A stretch of 63,955 bases of DNA, counting the filler, from Thraustochytrium aureum (Eukaryota), in the NCBI GenBank assembly GCA_012862495.1. It is 6 parts of 3 records of this genome, joined end to end, with 100 filler letters (N's around TTAATTAATTAA, not from the genome) between each part and the next. Parts side by side here need not be neighbours in the genome. Positions count along the whole stretch, not along the records: positions 22,111 to 36,547 come from BLSG01000378.1; positions 36,648 to 48,896 come from BLSG01000378.1; 4 more parts are not named here. One strand, 5' to 3'. The stretch's first letter is position 1. Each line of letters starts with the position of its first letter. This document shows positions 35,201 through 47,417 of this stretch, in pieces. Under the pieces are notes generated by a model that had not been told where the DNA came from, did not search any database, and saw only the letters and a list, made by a program, of their open reading frames with translations. Both the position numbers and the translations under genes were made by a program.

Positions 35201-36453
35201 GTTTAGGCCCGACCGGTCAATCAAGCGGGCGCTCGAGGACTCGAACAACGCCAGCGAGGGCGGGGCCGCTGGCACAGACGGTCTAGCCCCCGAGTACCTG
35301 GAGGAGCCGCGGCTCCGCGGGCTAGACCCAGCGGTAAGTTCCCGGCTCTGGGCTTGGCATTGCGTGGGCGAGGTTTGCTGACATCAAGTCGGCTTGCGCG
35401 ACAATTATTTAAAAAAGCTCATCGAGCGCATCGAAAGCGAAGTTCTCCAGCAAGGCGACCCGGTCACGTTTGACGACATTGCCGGGCTCAAGTTCGCCAA
35501 GGAAAACATCGAAGAGATCGTGGTGTGGCCACTAAAGTAAGTCATGCCGATGTCGCCTTGGGCTCCTCGCTGGACGGCGAGGTGGTGCTGACACGACCCC
35601 TTTCGGGCACGACAGGAACCCAGAGTATTACACTGGCTTGCGTCAGCTGCCCAAGGGTCTTCTTCTTTTCGGCCCGCCTGGGACGGGCAAGACGCTCATC
35701 GGCAAAGCAATTGCGCACGAGGTAAACGCTACCTTTTTCAGCATCTCCGCCTCGTCGCTCACCTCCAAGTGGATCGGTGAGGGCGAGAAAACTGTGCGCG
35801 CCCTTTTCGGGGTTGCGGCTGTGCGGCAGCCCTCTGTCGTGTTCATTGACGAGGTCGACTCGTTACTCACGCAGCGCACAGCGGACGAGAACGAGGCTTC
35901 CCGCCGCATCAAGACTGAGTTTCTCGTACAATTGGACGGCGCTGCGACATCGTCCGGAGAACGCGTCCTTGTGATCGGCGCAACCAACCGGCCGCAAGAG
36001 CTGGACGAGGCTGCGCGCCGGCGCTTTATCAAGCGGCTTTACATCCCGCTTCCGGACGCAGCGACGCGGATGGCGCTGCTCACGTCGTTGCTGGCGAAGA
36101 ACGAGCACTCGCTGACGGCAGAGGACCTCCGCACGCTCTGCGAGCTTACCAAAGGCTACAGCGGCGCGGACGTGACCAACCTCGCGCGCGAGGCCTCGAT
36201 GGGCCCGCTGCGCGACAAGATGCGCAACCGCGCCGCTGGAGCCCCGCCCGCAGACCGGGGTGCCGACGACAGCGACAGCGGAAGCGGCTTGTTGCGGCCT
36301 ATCTGCTACCGCGATTTTCAGATCGCGTTGCGCAGCATCCGCGCTAGCGTCTCGCAAGACGACCTCGTCGAGTACATCAAGTGGAACAACGAGTTTGGCA
36401 CGCAAGAGTTTCGCGACGCGGACAGCCCGCCTGAGGTTGTCAGCGGTGCCTGA
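34757..36453 (+). CDS. FIGNL1: Fidgetin-like 1 AAA ATPase; 5' end in gap; two introns
   Basis: Spliced sequence [36 protein letters not shown]; Walker [20 protein letters not shown], Walker [31 protein letters not shown]. Confidence 0.9.
35334..35417 (+). other. Spliceosomal intron (84 nt, AAG acceptor)
   Basis: GTAAGT donor, GCTGAC branch site, ends TTTAAAAAAG; removal restores the conserved FIGNL1 frame. Confidence 0.8.
35537..35615 (+). other. Spliceosomal intron (79 nt)
   Basis: GTAAGT donor, GCTGAC at 35587-35592, CAG acceptor; restores WPLKNPE. Confidence 0.88.
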
Positions 36454-36547
36454 CGGCTGATCACGCGGCTAGTGCGTTGGGGCACGGGGCGTGGAGCGCA
36501 GGACTCGGCGCGCCGCCATTCGGGCCGCGGCAAGAGAAGCGGCAAAC

Positions 36548-36647
36548 NNNNNNNNNNNNNNNNNNNNNNNNNNNNNNNNNNNNNNNNNNNNTTAATTAAT
36601 TAANNNNNNNNNNNNNNNNNNNNNNNNNNNNNNNNNNNNNNNNNNNN
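36548..36647. other. Artificial scaffold spacer
   Basis: TTAATTAATTAA at 36592-36603 flanked by 44 N on each side. Confidence 0.97.
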
Positions 36648-39167
36648 TGCTGCTGCTGCTGCTGCTGCTGCTGGGGATCTGCTGGATCTGTTGAATTGCC
36701 TGGAGTTGCTGAGGTGTCAGGTTGCCTTGGATCTGTGATTGCAAATGCAGCTGTTGGATAAGTTGCTGCTGCTGCTCTTGCTTCCGCTGTTCTTCGTGCT
36801 TGACACGCGCAAAAGTCTTGAGCTGGTTGATCTGCGCTTGCGTGAGTTGCCCGTCTTGGACAAGCTGCTGTAGCTGTTCAGCAGAAAGCTGCGAAAGCTG
36901 TTGGAGTTGCTGCAACAGCTGCTGCTCTTGTTGTTGCTGGCGCTGTACGGGAGAGCTCAGCTGCTGGATCAGTTTCAGTTGCTCCATGCTGATCTGGTTG
37001 GTGCGCTGGAGTTCAAACAAGTGCTCGTCCGTGACTTGCCCTGCATTGAGCATTTGCGAGAGCCGCACCAGCTGCTCAGCAGTTACCTTGGTGTATGCCG
37101 GCTGCTGCTGCTCTTGATGCTGCTGCTGCTGCTGCTGCTGGAGGGCGAACTGCTTCTGCTTTTCCTCCTCCGACTTGGCGAGCTTTTCCTGCTCTTTCCG
37201 CCGCTTTTCCTCGGCCTCCTTTCGCTGCCTTGTTGCAGCAGCAGCAGCAGCGGCAGCGGAAGCGCGCTGCTCTTGCAACAGCTTTGCCGCCTGCGCCTGT
37301 TGCTGTTGCTGCCTGTGAAGCTGCTCAAGCTGCTCCAAGTTGGCCATCGCGTGCCGCTGCTGGAGCTGTCGGTGGCCTGGCGGCTCTGTTTTGGCTTTGA
37401 TCCCTGGCTTTGGGCCCAGCATCTGGTTGAGGTGGTGCTCAATGTTCGTCCTCTGCCGAATGAGCTGCCCTTTCTCGTCTTGAAAGCTTGCTTTCAGCTT
37501 GATCGTCGCGTTTTCTTGCTCTTGCCTCATGGCCTTCACCCGCGCCGGGTCGGCACCCTGCTGCGACTCGCGTTGTATCTGCTCGTTGCATCTGACCTGG
37601 AACTGGTTCAGGGCAAACGTGTGCCGCTTGTCGAGAAAGCCTTGCAATTCCGCGATCTTCTCCAGCAGCGCTCCGAGGTTTGCCGCTGTCGGGTTGTTGT
37701 TTGCCTCTTGGTTCATTGCCTGGTACTGCTGAAGCGTCTTCTCGTAGTCGCGAGCAATCATCTGTTCTTGCCGACCGCGCGCAACAACAATGGCGATGTT
37801 GTTCGCCAGGTCGTTGAGCATGGCGCGGTGCTGGTCGACGAGTCCTTCCTGAGTGACCAGCTTCTTGACAGCCTCATGAATCTTGCTCAGCTGGTCCAAG
37901 TCTCCTTCGAGCTGCGCTGTTTGCGCAAGCGTGACAAGGTCGCGGATGGTAATTTGCTGCTGCTGCTGCTGCTGTTGCTGCTGTTGCTGTAAAACCTGTT
38001 GCTGTTGCTGCTGGAGCGATAGCGCCTGCTGCGCCACAAGCTGACCGGGTGCGAAGACTTGGGAAGCGCGCCGGCCCGGCTCGTTGCCGACGGGCACCGG
38101 GGTGACGCGTAGAGCGGCTGGCGTTTGGCCTGGAGCGGGCTGACGGACGGCTCGCAGCCTGTCGTCAACAATCTTTTGTAGCCCCAGCCGGTTCTTGTAG
38201 TTTTGGTAATAGTTTTTCACCTGGTTGGCGGTCTTGGAGCGGATCCCCTCGGCGATGAGCTTCCAGTCCTTGCCGTGCTGCCGCAAAAGCTGCATGAACC
38301 CCTCCTTTTCAGCGTCTGTCCACTTGGTCAACTGCGACCTAGCCTGCGACCCACCACCAGTGCTCGGCGCTGGGCTCGGAGGCTTGGACAGGTCGTCCGG
38401 TGAAGGACTTGTGGGCCCTGACGTCGAGGCCGCCGCAGCCACGGCCGCCGAAGCCGCGGCCATCGCGGGCGCCCGCTCGGGGGCAAGCACGCGCGCAACA
38501 AGGTTAACTCCAGTGAACGAGTTGTCGCCAAGCATGCGGCCCAAGGGCGGGTTGATGTCGTGCTGCTTGTCGTCTTGGTTCTCGTCCTCTTCCTCGTCGG
38601 GGTCGAGCTGGCGAACCTTTTTCTTGCCCTTGCCCTTTTTGGGTTTCATCGACGCATTTGGCGTCGGCTGTGGGGACGGGACGTTGGCGTCCTCCACGGC
38701 AACAGAAGCGACGCCGGGCGCCGCCGTCGCCGCACCTGGCCGGGCGGGGGACGAGGGAGTGCGCGCGGCAAGCTCGCTCGCCGCGGCCGCTGCTACGACG
38801 GCCTCCTCGACTGCGGGCGGGAACTGCACCCCGAGCTGCATAGCGCCTGAAACGGTGAGCTCCCACTGCGGCTTCCGCTGCGCCTTTCGGTGCTGGTACT
38901 GGATGCGAAGGAGCGCTTTGTAGTCAATCCGCGACTTTTTCGTGTCGTAGTAGAACTTTATGCAGTCTCTCGTGCTCTTGTTGCGCAAAAACGACGAGAT
39001 TTTGTGAAAGTCCTTCGGGTACTGCAGAAACTTGTCCACAAAGATGCACTTTTCGACATCTGACCACGGGTTCACCAAGTCTTCCTGCAGTTGCATCGCC
39101 CGCGCGCGTTGCAGCCCGTCTGGGAGGGCTGCACGATCCCAGTGTCCGTTTCGCCGGCCGCAAGGGC
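36648..39167 (-). CDS. NCoR/SMRT/SNT1-like corepressor: two SANT domains and a Q-rich region (partial at both ends)
   Basis: SANT1 NPWSDVEKCIFVDKFLQYPKDFHKISSFLRNKSTRDCIKFYYDTKK; SANT2 KWTDAEKEGFMQLLRQHGKDWKLIAEGIRSKTANQVKNYYQNYK; poly-Q tracts. Confidence 0.85.
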
Positions 39168-39737
39168 NNNNNNNNNNNNNNNNNNNNNNNNNNNNNNNNN
39201 NNNNNNNNNNNNNNNNNNNNNNNNNNNNNNNNNNNNNNNNNNNNNNNNNNNNNNNNNNNNNNNNNNNNNNNNNNNNNNNNNNNNNNNNNNNNNNNNNNNN
39301 NNNNNNNNNNNNNNNNNNNNNNNNNNNNNNNNNNNNNNNNNNNNNNNNNNNNNNNNNNNNNNNNNNNNNNNNNNNNNNNNNNNNNNNNNNNNNNNNNNNN
39401 NNNNNNNNNNNNNNNNNNNNNNNNNNNNNNNNNNNNNNNNNNNNNNNNNNNNNNNNNNNNNNNNNNNNNNNNNNNNNNNNNNNNNNNNNNNNNNNNNNNN
39501 NNNNNNNNNNNNNNNNNNNNNNNNNNNNNNNNNNNNNNNNNNNNNNNNNNNNNNNNNNNNNNNNNNNNNNNNNNNNNNNNNNNNNNNNNNNNNNNNNNNN
39601 NNNNNNNNNNNNNNNNNNNNNNNNNNNNNNNNNNNNNNNNNNNNNNNNNNNNNNNNNNNNNNNNNNNNNNNNNNNNNNNNNNNNNNNNNNNNNNNNNNNN
39701 NNNNNNNNNNNNNNNNNNNNNNNNNNNNNNNNNNNNN

Positions 39738-42049
39738 GAGTCCACCGCCTTCCTCGGTAAGGCTGCCGACGCTGCCGACGCTGCCGACTGAGGAGGTCCG
39801 CTTCTTGCGCCTCTTCTCTTTTTGCTTTCCGCGCTCGGCTCCGGGTCCTCCTCCACCTCTGGGGCAGCGTTTAAAGGCCGTTCGCCAGAGGCGGGAGGCG
39901 GCGGTGGCGGCGGAGGCGGCGGGGGCGGCGGTGGCGAGGGCGGCGGTGGCGCCACTACATAGTCGGTCGCCGCGGTCGAGACAGTGGCTTGTTTAGCAGC
40001 CTGTTTCAGGCTGGTCTCGAGAGCAGGCTTGGAGTCAACGCTTGGCTCAGATGGCTTCGACGGAGCTGGGGGCTCTGGTTGCGCTGGCTGCGATGCGGCC
40101 GTTGCGGGCGACTCCGACTCGTCCTTTGGCGGCGCAGACGGGTCGGTCGCATCGGGCACAGGTGCTGGCTCCGACCCGTCCTCCCCTTGCACACTCTCTG
40201 CAAGGGACTCCATTGAATCGCGGCTCATCCGTCGCCCAAGCGCGTCGTAGCGCTTCTTCTTCTTCTTCCTCTTCTTCCGCTTGAGCTCCTGCTGCGACGC
40301 TGTGTCCTCGTTGTCAGCGGCGGGGGCCATCTCCTCAAGCCGTGGCGGGACGGCCGTCGTTGGGTGCGGATCTTCATCTGCGGAGCCTGCCGGGCCACTT
40401 GCAGAGGTGCGCGAGCCCTCGCTGGGCAGGGGCGGCGCAGCAGGTAACGCGTTGCTGGCAGCCTCCTCGCTAAGTCGCTTGCGTTTCTTCTTCTTCTTGA
40501 GCGACTCGCTCACCGCGTCGCTGGCCGCGTCGCTCCCTGGTGGGTCGAGGTGCCCCGGCGCTGCCGCGGTGGCGGTGTCAGGTTCGCTTGCAGCAGACTG
40601 CTCCTCAAGCTGCGAGCGTTTTGATTTCTTCTTTTTCTTGCTGGCCTTGCGAGCGCGGTCGTCTGGGGAGTCTTCGGTGGCAGGAGCCGCAGACGACCGC
40701 GGCAAAGGCTCGTCCGGGAGCTCGGGCTCCTCCTCCGCAGAGGCGTCCTCGCGGTCCCTCGACCGCTCGCGCTTTCGCCTCTTCTTTTTCTTCTTCTTCT
40801 TCCGCGATTCCCCAGCCTCGTCGTCGCCAGCCGCATCTATTGCGTCGAGGTCGGGGTCCACAGGGTCCGCGAGTTCGCTCTCGGCGTCTGTGCTCTTTCG
40901 CTTCTTCTTCTTCTTCCGCTTTTTCTGGCCGTCGCCATCGGCTGATGCAGCGGCCGACTTTGAGGTCGCACTTTCTGCGGCGACTGCGACCGCGTCGGCG
41001 TCCTCCAGGTCTGAGACGTCGGAGACTTCTGCGCTATCGGCATGCTTCTTGGAGCCAGTCTCTTGCTCCGGCGCCGCTGGCTCGCAATTCACGCTCGCCG
41101 CGGTTTGCGCAGCGCTTGAGCTCTCCGAGATGGCCGCGGGGGGCGGCATGGGCGCTGCGAGCTCCTTCGCAGGGGCTACGGCACCTCCGGCCCCCGAAGC
41201 GCCTCCAGCATCAGCACCTGCAGCAGCATCATCAACAGCAGCAGCAGCAGCGTCCTCGGCGGGCTTAGCGCCTGCCTCGCGGGCCGCCGGAGGCCTAGCC
41301 GAATCTCCGTGCTCGCCTTCGTTCGCGCGATCTGATCCAGCTAGACCAGCTGCGTCATGTTTCTCTACTTGGTCCCCAACACGCGCGCTCACTGCTTGCG
41401 GCAGAGCGTTGCCTGAGCTCGAGGCGGGCGCTGACGACGAGGACGACGGGCGAGGTTTGAGCGCCCTGCCCCACCCGAGCTTGGCAAGGCCGACAGACCG
41501 CGGCGACCCGACGCTCATTCCACTCTCTGTCGAGGTCTGCCTTTGCAACGGTGGGGCAGGGGTAAACGGGTTGGAGAGCGGCTTGGGCCCAGTTGGCGAC
41601 TCGCGCCCGAGGATCTGGTCAACGGCGGAAACCCGCCGGCTCAGCGAAGGGATCACAGCCTTTCTAGCCCCCTCATTGTCGTCGTCAATGTCAATGTCGT
41701 CCTCCTCCTCCTCGTCGTCGTCAAGAATGTCGCTCGTGACCGGGGGGCTCGGCGCGCTCGTCGGGCGCCTGTCCGAGAGCGAAGTATGTCTGTTGTCCAA
41801 TGGGCCACCGAAGGCCTCACCTGGCTGCGCGTGGCTTCCGGCTGAGGTTTCGCGCGAGAGGTTTGGGCGCCCCGGCAGGCCGCCATGGCGCGGGTCGTCT
41901 CTGGACCCGCTGCTGAAAGACCGCCCCCCCCACCGGGTCTTCTCCGTGCCCCAGGCTGACCCGGTCGCAGACGAAGCGCCAGCCCACGGCGATACTGCTG
42001 CTGGCATGCCACTGCCCTGAGCAGACCCGCTGCTTCCTTCCCTTCTCAT
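39738..42049 (-). CDS. Low-complexity acidic/Pro/Lys-rich coding region, probably the N-terminal part of the SANT protein
   Basis: Long open frame with repeated KKKKKRK NLS-like runs and poly-Pro, same strand, separated from the SANT exon only by an N gap. Confidence 0.65.
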
Positions 42050-42909
42050 GCCCGGCAGTCTGCGCCTGTCGCGCTCAAAGCTGCTGGATCGCTCAGGGTA
42101 CGGCGGCCCAGCGCCCCTCCTTTCTCCGCCGGCCCACCTCCTGTGCTGCTGATACCCGTCCGCCCCGCCCGAGTCGCCAGCTNNNNNNNNNNNNNNNNNN
42201 NNNNNNNNNNNNNNNNNNNNNNNNNNNNNNNNNNNNNNNNNNNNNNNNNNNNNNNNNNNNNNNNNNNNNNNNNNNNNNNNNNNNNNNNNNNNNNNNNNNN
42301 NNNNNNNNNNNNNNNNNNNNNNNNNNNNNNNNNNNNNNNNNNNNNNNNNNNNNNNNNNNNNNNNNNNNNNNNNNNNNNNNNNNNNNNNNNNNNNNNNNNN
42401 NNNNNNNNNNNNNNNNNNNNNNNNNNNNNNNNNNNNNNNNNNNNNNNNNNNNNNNNNNNNNNNNNNNNNNNNNNNNNNNNNNNNNNNNNNNNNNNNNNNN
42501 NNNNNNNNNNNNNNNNNNNNNNNNNNNNNNNNNNNNNNNNNNNNNNNNNNNNNNNNNNNNNNNNNNNNNNNNNNNNNNNNNNNNNNNNNNNNNNNNNNNN
42601 NNNNNNNNNNNNNNNNNNNNNNNNNNNNNNNNNNNNNNNNNNNNNNNNNNNNNNNNNNNNNNNNNNNNNNNNNNNNNNNNNNNNNNNNNNNNNNNNNNNN
42701 NNNNNNNNNNNNNNNNNNNNNNNNNNNNNNNNNNNNNNNNNNNNNNNNNNNNNNNNNNNNNNNNNNNNNNNNNNNNNNNNNNNNNNNNNNNNNNNNNNNN
42801 NNNNNNNNNNNNNNNNNNNNNNNNNNNNNNNNNNNNNNNNNNNNNNNNNNNNNNGAAGGCGGGAGGGACGCTGTACTGCGCGGAAGCGGAAGCGGGAGCG
42901 GGCACCGGG

Positions 42910-43755
42910 ATGGGCCTGGTGGAGGACGACGACTGGGCGACCGCCTGGGCCGTCTCGGCCGCCGTGACTGTTGCGGTCGCGGTGCTCGGCTGGGCGCTGC
43001 TGCGCAAGGGATCGGGCGAAGGGGCCGGCGGAGCCGCGCCGGGACGACAGGGAGCCGCGCCGGAGAAGGCTGGTCGATGCATGTGCAGAGTGGGCCGGTT
43101 TCGCAGCGGTGCGGCTGACAAGGACGCCGTGGAGACGACCAGTGATTTGCTGCGGAACGCCTCGTCGGTGTGGGTCGTCGTCGGCGCAGCGCCGCCGGTC
43201 GCGCTGGAGGGGGTGTTTCCTGGAATCAAGGGCGTTAAGGCAGATGGTTGTGCCGTCAGCGAGGCGACCGCTGTCTCGCTGCAGGCCGGCCTCCAGGAGG
43301 CGCTCCGGGGCGCCTGGGCCGAGGCGCACGGCGGTAGCAGGGCGTCGCTTCCGGACGGCGTCGCTGGTCTCGCTGCTGAGCTTCTCACAGTGACGCCGAG
43401 CATGGACTGCCTCATCGATGCCGGACTCATGCCGCCCGCGATGTACCAACCAGCTTACACACTGGCTGTGGGACCAGGAGGAGTGCGCGTGATCACAGAC
43501 GGATTCGTCGGCATGCCGGTGCTCGGGCCCGCGGACCCGAACCGAAAATACACAACAAAGCGCATGCGGCTCGTCTCTGGCGACCTTGTGCGCGCAGCCG
43601 TGGAGCGCTCCGCGAGCGTCGAGGTCCAATACGCTGTGCACGAGACTCGCGAGACTACAGCGGCGGCCTTGCGCGCGATGGCTGGTGATGCCTTGAAGGA
43701 CGCCGTCACTGCCACCTCCCCTATGGACTCGCTCTGGGCCGACCTGCTCGCCTGA
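42910..43755 (+). CDS. Hypothetical protein with N-terminal transmembrane anchor (281 aa)
   Basis: ATG-TGA ORF; hydrophobic WAVSAAVTVAVAVLGWALL; GC3-rich codons. Confidence 0.55.
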   Translation: MGLVEDDDWATAWAVSAAVTVAVAVLGWALLRKGSGEGAGGAAPGRQGAAPEKAGRCMCRVGRFRSGAADKDAVETTSDLLRNASSVWVVVGAAPPVALEGVFPGIKGVKADGCAVSEATAVSLQAGLQEALRGAWAEAHGGSRASLPDGVAGLAAELLTVTPSMDCLIDAGLMPPAMYQPAYTLAVGPGGVRVITDGFVGMPVLGPADPNRKYTTKRMRLVSGDLVRAAVERSASVEVQYAVHETRETTAAALRAMAGDALKDAVTATSPMDSLWADLLA

Positions 43756-44363
43756 AGACGCAACCAACCGTCTGGGCGCGCTTGTGCGAATGCACTGCCT
43801 TCCTTCCCTGTGGTAGACAGACAAAAGTAGAGTTGCAACCGCCAACCTTGTCCCGACGTGTCGCGGACTGCCGCAGGCACCGTCGTTGACCATCGCCGAG
43901 AGCGAGTTGAGCCGTCGCATGAGGACGGCCAAGCAGCGCACAGGCGCCNNNNNNNNNNNNNNNNNNNNNNNNNNNNNNNNNNNNNNNNNNNNNNNNNNNN
44001 NNNNNNNNNNNNNNNNNNNNNNNNNNNNNNNNNNNNNNNNNNNNNNNNNNNNNNNNNNNNNNNNNNNNNNNNNNNNNNNNNNNNNNNNNNNNNNNNNNNN
44101 NNNNNNNNNNNNNNNNNNNNNNNNNNNNNNNNNNNNNNNNNNNNNNNNNNNNNNNNNNNNNNNNNNNNNNNNNNNNNNNNNNNNNNNNNNNNNNNNNNNN
44201 NNNNNNNNNNNNNNNNNNNNNNNNNNNNNNNNNNNNNNNNNNNNNNNNNNNNNNNNNNNNNNNNNNNNNNNNNNNNNNNNNNNNNNNNNNNNNNNNNNNN
44301 NNNNNNNNNNNNNNNNNNNNNNNNNNNNNNNNNNNNNNNNNNNNNNNNNNNNNNNNNNNNNNC

Positions 44364-45740
44364 GTTGGAGCCCACGTCAACGGGAACAAACTGCGGCTGG
44401 TGGCGTACACGACCCGCTCAACAGGGTTTTTGTTCACTTCTACCAGACTCGTGCGACAGGAGGTCGACCTGGTTGTCGTTGGCAAGGGCACGACAGAGGA
44501 GGGCGAGGCTCTCGCGCAGCAATGGTGCTCCACGGCGCTCAGCCTGATGGGACGCAACGGACCCGACGCCGCCAAGTCGCTACTGGTCCTGATCAACCCC
44601 ATGAGCGGGCCTAAGATTTCGCTCAAGATGTGGAAGACCATCGGCACGCGCGTGATCGTCCAAGACGCCGGACACAAGGTGGACGTCGTCGTCACAGAGC
44701 GGCAAAACCACGCCCTGGAGCTGGTGAAACGAGAGCCAGACTTGTGCGCCAAGTACCGCGGCATCGTGATCGTGTCCGGCGACGGGCTCATCCACGAGGT
44801 GCTCCAAGGCATCATGGCACGGCAGGACTGGGCGCGCTGTGTGCAGCACCTCCCGATCGGCGTCCTGCCAGCAGGAAGCGGGAACGGGCTCGCAAAGACG
44901 ATCGCCGCCGCGGCAGGCATGGAGCACAGCGCGCTGAGCGCCGCGGTCCTTGTGGCGCGCGGCCTGACCCGACCGCTCGACATCGCGGCGGTGGACATTT
45001 ACAAGAGCGAGAGCGACGTAAAGCGTGTCTACTCGTTCCTCTCGCTGGAGTGGGCCATCTCGAGCGATATCGACATCGGCTCGGAGTACCTGCGGTGGAT
45101 GGGGGAGACGCGGTTTACGGTGCAGGCGCTGATCCGCGTCATGTTCCTGCGCAAGTACCGGGGGCGTCTGTCGTACCTGCCGGTCGGCGACTCGCCCAAG
45201 GGCCAGCCTCGCTCCGCCAAGGCGGCCCAGGCCCAGGTGCCTCCGACTTACTGGGACGAGCACCGCGACCAGGTTGACGCAACTGCGGCGCCTTCCCCGC
45301 CGACGCCCCTCTTGCCGGCCCCAGGGTCCGCGTTGCCGAGCAATTGGTCCGTGGTGGAGGGCACCTTTTGGAACATGTGGAACTGCAACGTGGCCTGGAT
45401 GAGCGGGGGCTCCTGTGTGGCCCCTGACGCAGAGTTTGATGACGGCTACTTGCAGATGCAGTTCATGCGGGAGGGCGGCGCCCACAAGCTCTCGCGGTGG
45501 CGCCTGCTAAAGTACCTGCTTGGCCTGGACGCGGGCGACCACCAGTCCATGCCGTTCGTGGAGATGACGCCTAGCCGCGCTTACCGCTTCGAGCCGCTTC
45601 CCGACGCTTCCGGCAAGATGCGGGGCACGCTCGCGCTGGATGGCGAGGTGGTGGACTACACGTCGCTGCAGATGCAAAACCTGCGCGGCTTTATGCGCGT
45701 CTTCGCCATGCCGGCGCCGCGGCCCGTGTCCCGCATGTAG
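44364..45740 (+). CDS. Sphingosine kinase (DAGKc family); 5' end in gap
   Basis: LVLINPMSG, SGDGLIHEVLQG, LPAGSGNGLA, DIDIGSEYLRWMGETRF, APDAEFDDG, LDGE. Confidence 0.93.
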   Translation, partial: VGAHVNGNKLRLVAYTTRSTGFLFTSTRLVRQEVDLVVVGKGTTEEGEALAQQWCSTALSLMGRNGPDAAKSLLVLINPMSGPKISLKMWKTIGTRVIVQDAGHKVDVVVTERQNHALELVKREPDLCAKYRGIVIVSGDGLIHEVLQGIMARQDWARCVQHLPIGVLPAGSGNGLAKTIAAAAGMEHSALSAAVLVARGLTRPLDIAAVDIYKSESDVKRVYSFLSLEWAISSDIDIGSEYLRWMGETRFTVQALIRVMFLRKYRGRLSYLPVGDSPKGQPRSAKAAQAQVPPTYWDEHRDQVDATAAPSPPTPLLPAPGSALPSNWSVVEGTFWNMWNCNVAWMSGGSCVAPDAEFDDGYLQMQFMREGGAHKLSRWRLLKYLLGLDAGDHQSMPFVEMTPSRAYRFEPLPDASGKMRGTLALDGEVVDYTSLQMQNLRGFMRVFAMPAPRPVSRM

Positions 45741-47114
45741 GCGCGGATCGCGCTGTCAAAACCAAACAAGCAACTAGTCGTGCGGCAGCAGAAACCAGAA
45801 CAGAACGAAAGAAACAAGGTCAGCCTGCCTGCCTGCGGCCGTTGTCGTCCAGAAGCAAGATCAGCCTGCCTGCGGTCGTTGTCGTCCATCGTCGTGCAAG
45901 CAACGAGTGTAAGTAGAGTACCGTCGTGTACCGTCGTGTCGATGAGCAGCCACCGCCCACCGGCACGCCCATGAGCGAACCAAACCACCGTGTGCACACC
46001 GTTCTGTCCGCCAGCAAGCGGATTCGGCTCGCCCACCAGTGAGCCGGCCCTGCTCCAGGCTGACGGGAGCACTGCAGATCTTCACGTCCTTGAGCTCCAA
46101 CGCAGCGCATCATCACGACAGCCGTGGCTCCAAAACCGACAGTACCGAAAGACAGACAGACGGACAGCATGAGCCTGAGGTCAGCGAATGACAGCGAGAC
46201 AGGCGGACCCGGACAGAAAACGCAGGACGCACTGGCAGCCGCGCAATGATATGCGGCGCCTCGTGGCGGCGGTGTGCGAGCCGCGCGCGTGCTGCCGCCA
46301 ACTCGTTGAGATGATGAAACCTTCCACCACGAAAACCGAAACCAGAAATTCCTTGTTCAACGCCGAGAGACGCTGTGAGGGGGCCAGCCAGGTGTGTGCG
46401 GAACGCTTCCCGCCACACCTTGCGCTCCGAAGGTACACACCCCAGGTTTGCTTGGCTCGTGGGAGTCTCTCAAGGGCAGCGACGACTCGGAAGGCAGGCA
46501 GGCATNNNNNNNNNNNNNNNNNNNNNNNNNNNNNNNNNNNNNNNNNNNNNNNNNNNNNNNNNNNNNNNNNNNNNNNNNNNNNNNNNNNNNNNNNNNNNNN
46601 NNNNNNNNNNNNNNNNNNNNNNNNNNNNNNNNNNNNNNNNNNNNNNNNNNNNNNNNNNNNNNNNNNNNNNNNNNNNNNNNNNNNNNNNNNNNNNNNNNNN
46701 NNNNNNNNNNNNNNNNNNNNNNNNNNNNNNNNNNNNNNNNNNNNNNNNNNNNNNNNNNNNNNNNNNNNNNNNNNNNNNNNNNNNNNNNNNNNNNNNNNNN
46801 NNNNNNNNNNNNNNNNNNNNNNNNNNNNNNNNNNNNNNNNNNNNNNNNNNNNNNNNNNNNNNNNNNNNNNNNNNNNNNNNNNNNNNNNNNNNNNNNNNNN
46901 NNNNNNNNNNNNNNNNNNNNNNNNNNNNNNNNNNNNNNNNNNNNNNCGCGAGTTTTTCTTTCGTGTTTTTTGCAAATGCCACTCTTGCATGGGCTGTTGG
47001 CACGCCCGACGACTCGACAGAGCACGGGAGCAGTCACCAAACGCACGAGCCAAGCATTCAGAGCCGCAGTAGCAGCAGCAGCAGCAGTAAGAGTAGCAGC
47101 ACCAACCAGCAACC

Positions 47115-47417
47115 ATGAGCGAGGGACCCTCCGCCGCGCAGCAGCAGCTGATCGACCTGGCCACCAAGGTCCAGGAGCAGCTCCAGGCCCTCTGGGGCAA
47201 GGCCAAGGAGATCGAGGCCGTGCGCAACGCGCTCGACAAGGTCGACGAGCTCACCGCCGGCCCCCGCAAGCAGTTCGACGAGGCCGTCGAGCAGCTCCGC
47301 GAGTCGCTCCAGAAGATCCTCAACTCGTCGATCGGCAAGTCGCTCGGCCTGAGCAAGGCCGAGGCCGCCGCTGTCGAGGACAAGCCCGAGGAGGTCGCCG
47401 CTGACGACGAAGAGTAG
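47115..47417 (+). CDS. Small helical hypothetical protein (100 aa) with acidic tail
   Basis: Complete ORF, almost all codons end in G or C, CAACCATG start context. Confidence 0.75.
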   Translation: MSEGPSAAQQQLIDLATKVQEQLQALWGKAKEIEAVRNALDKVDELTAGPRKQFDEAVEQLRESLQKILNSSIGKSLGLSKAEAAAVEDKPEEVAADDEE

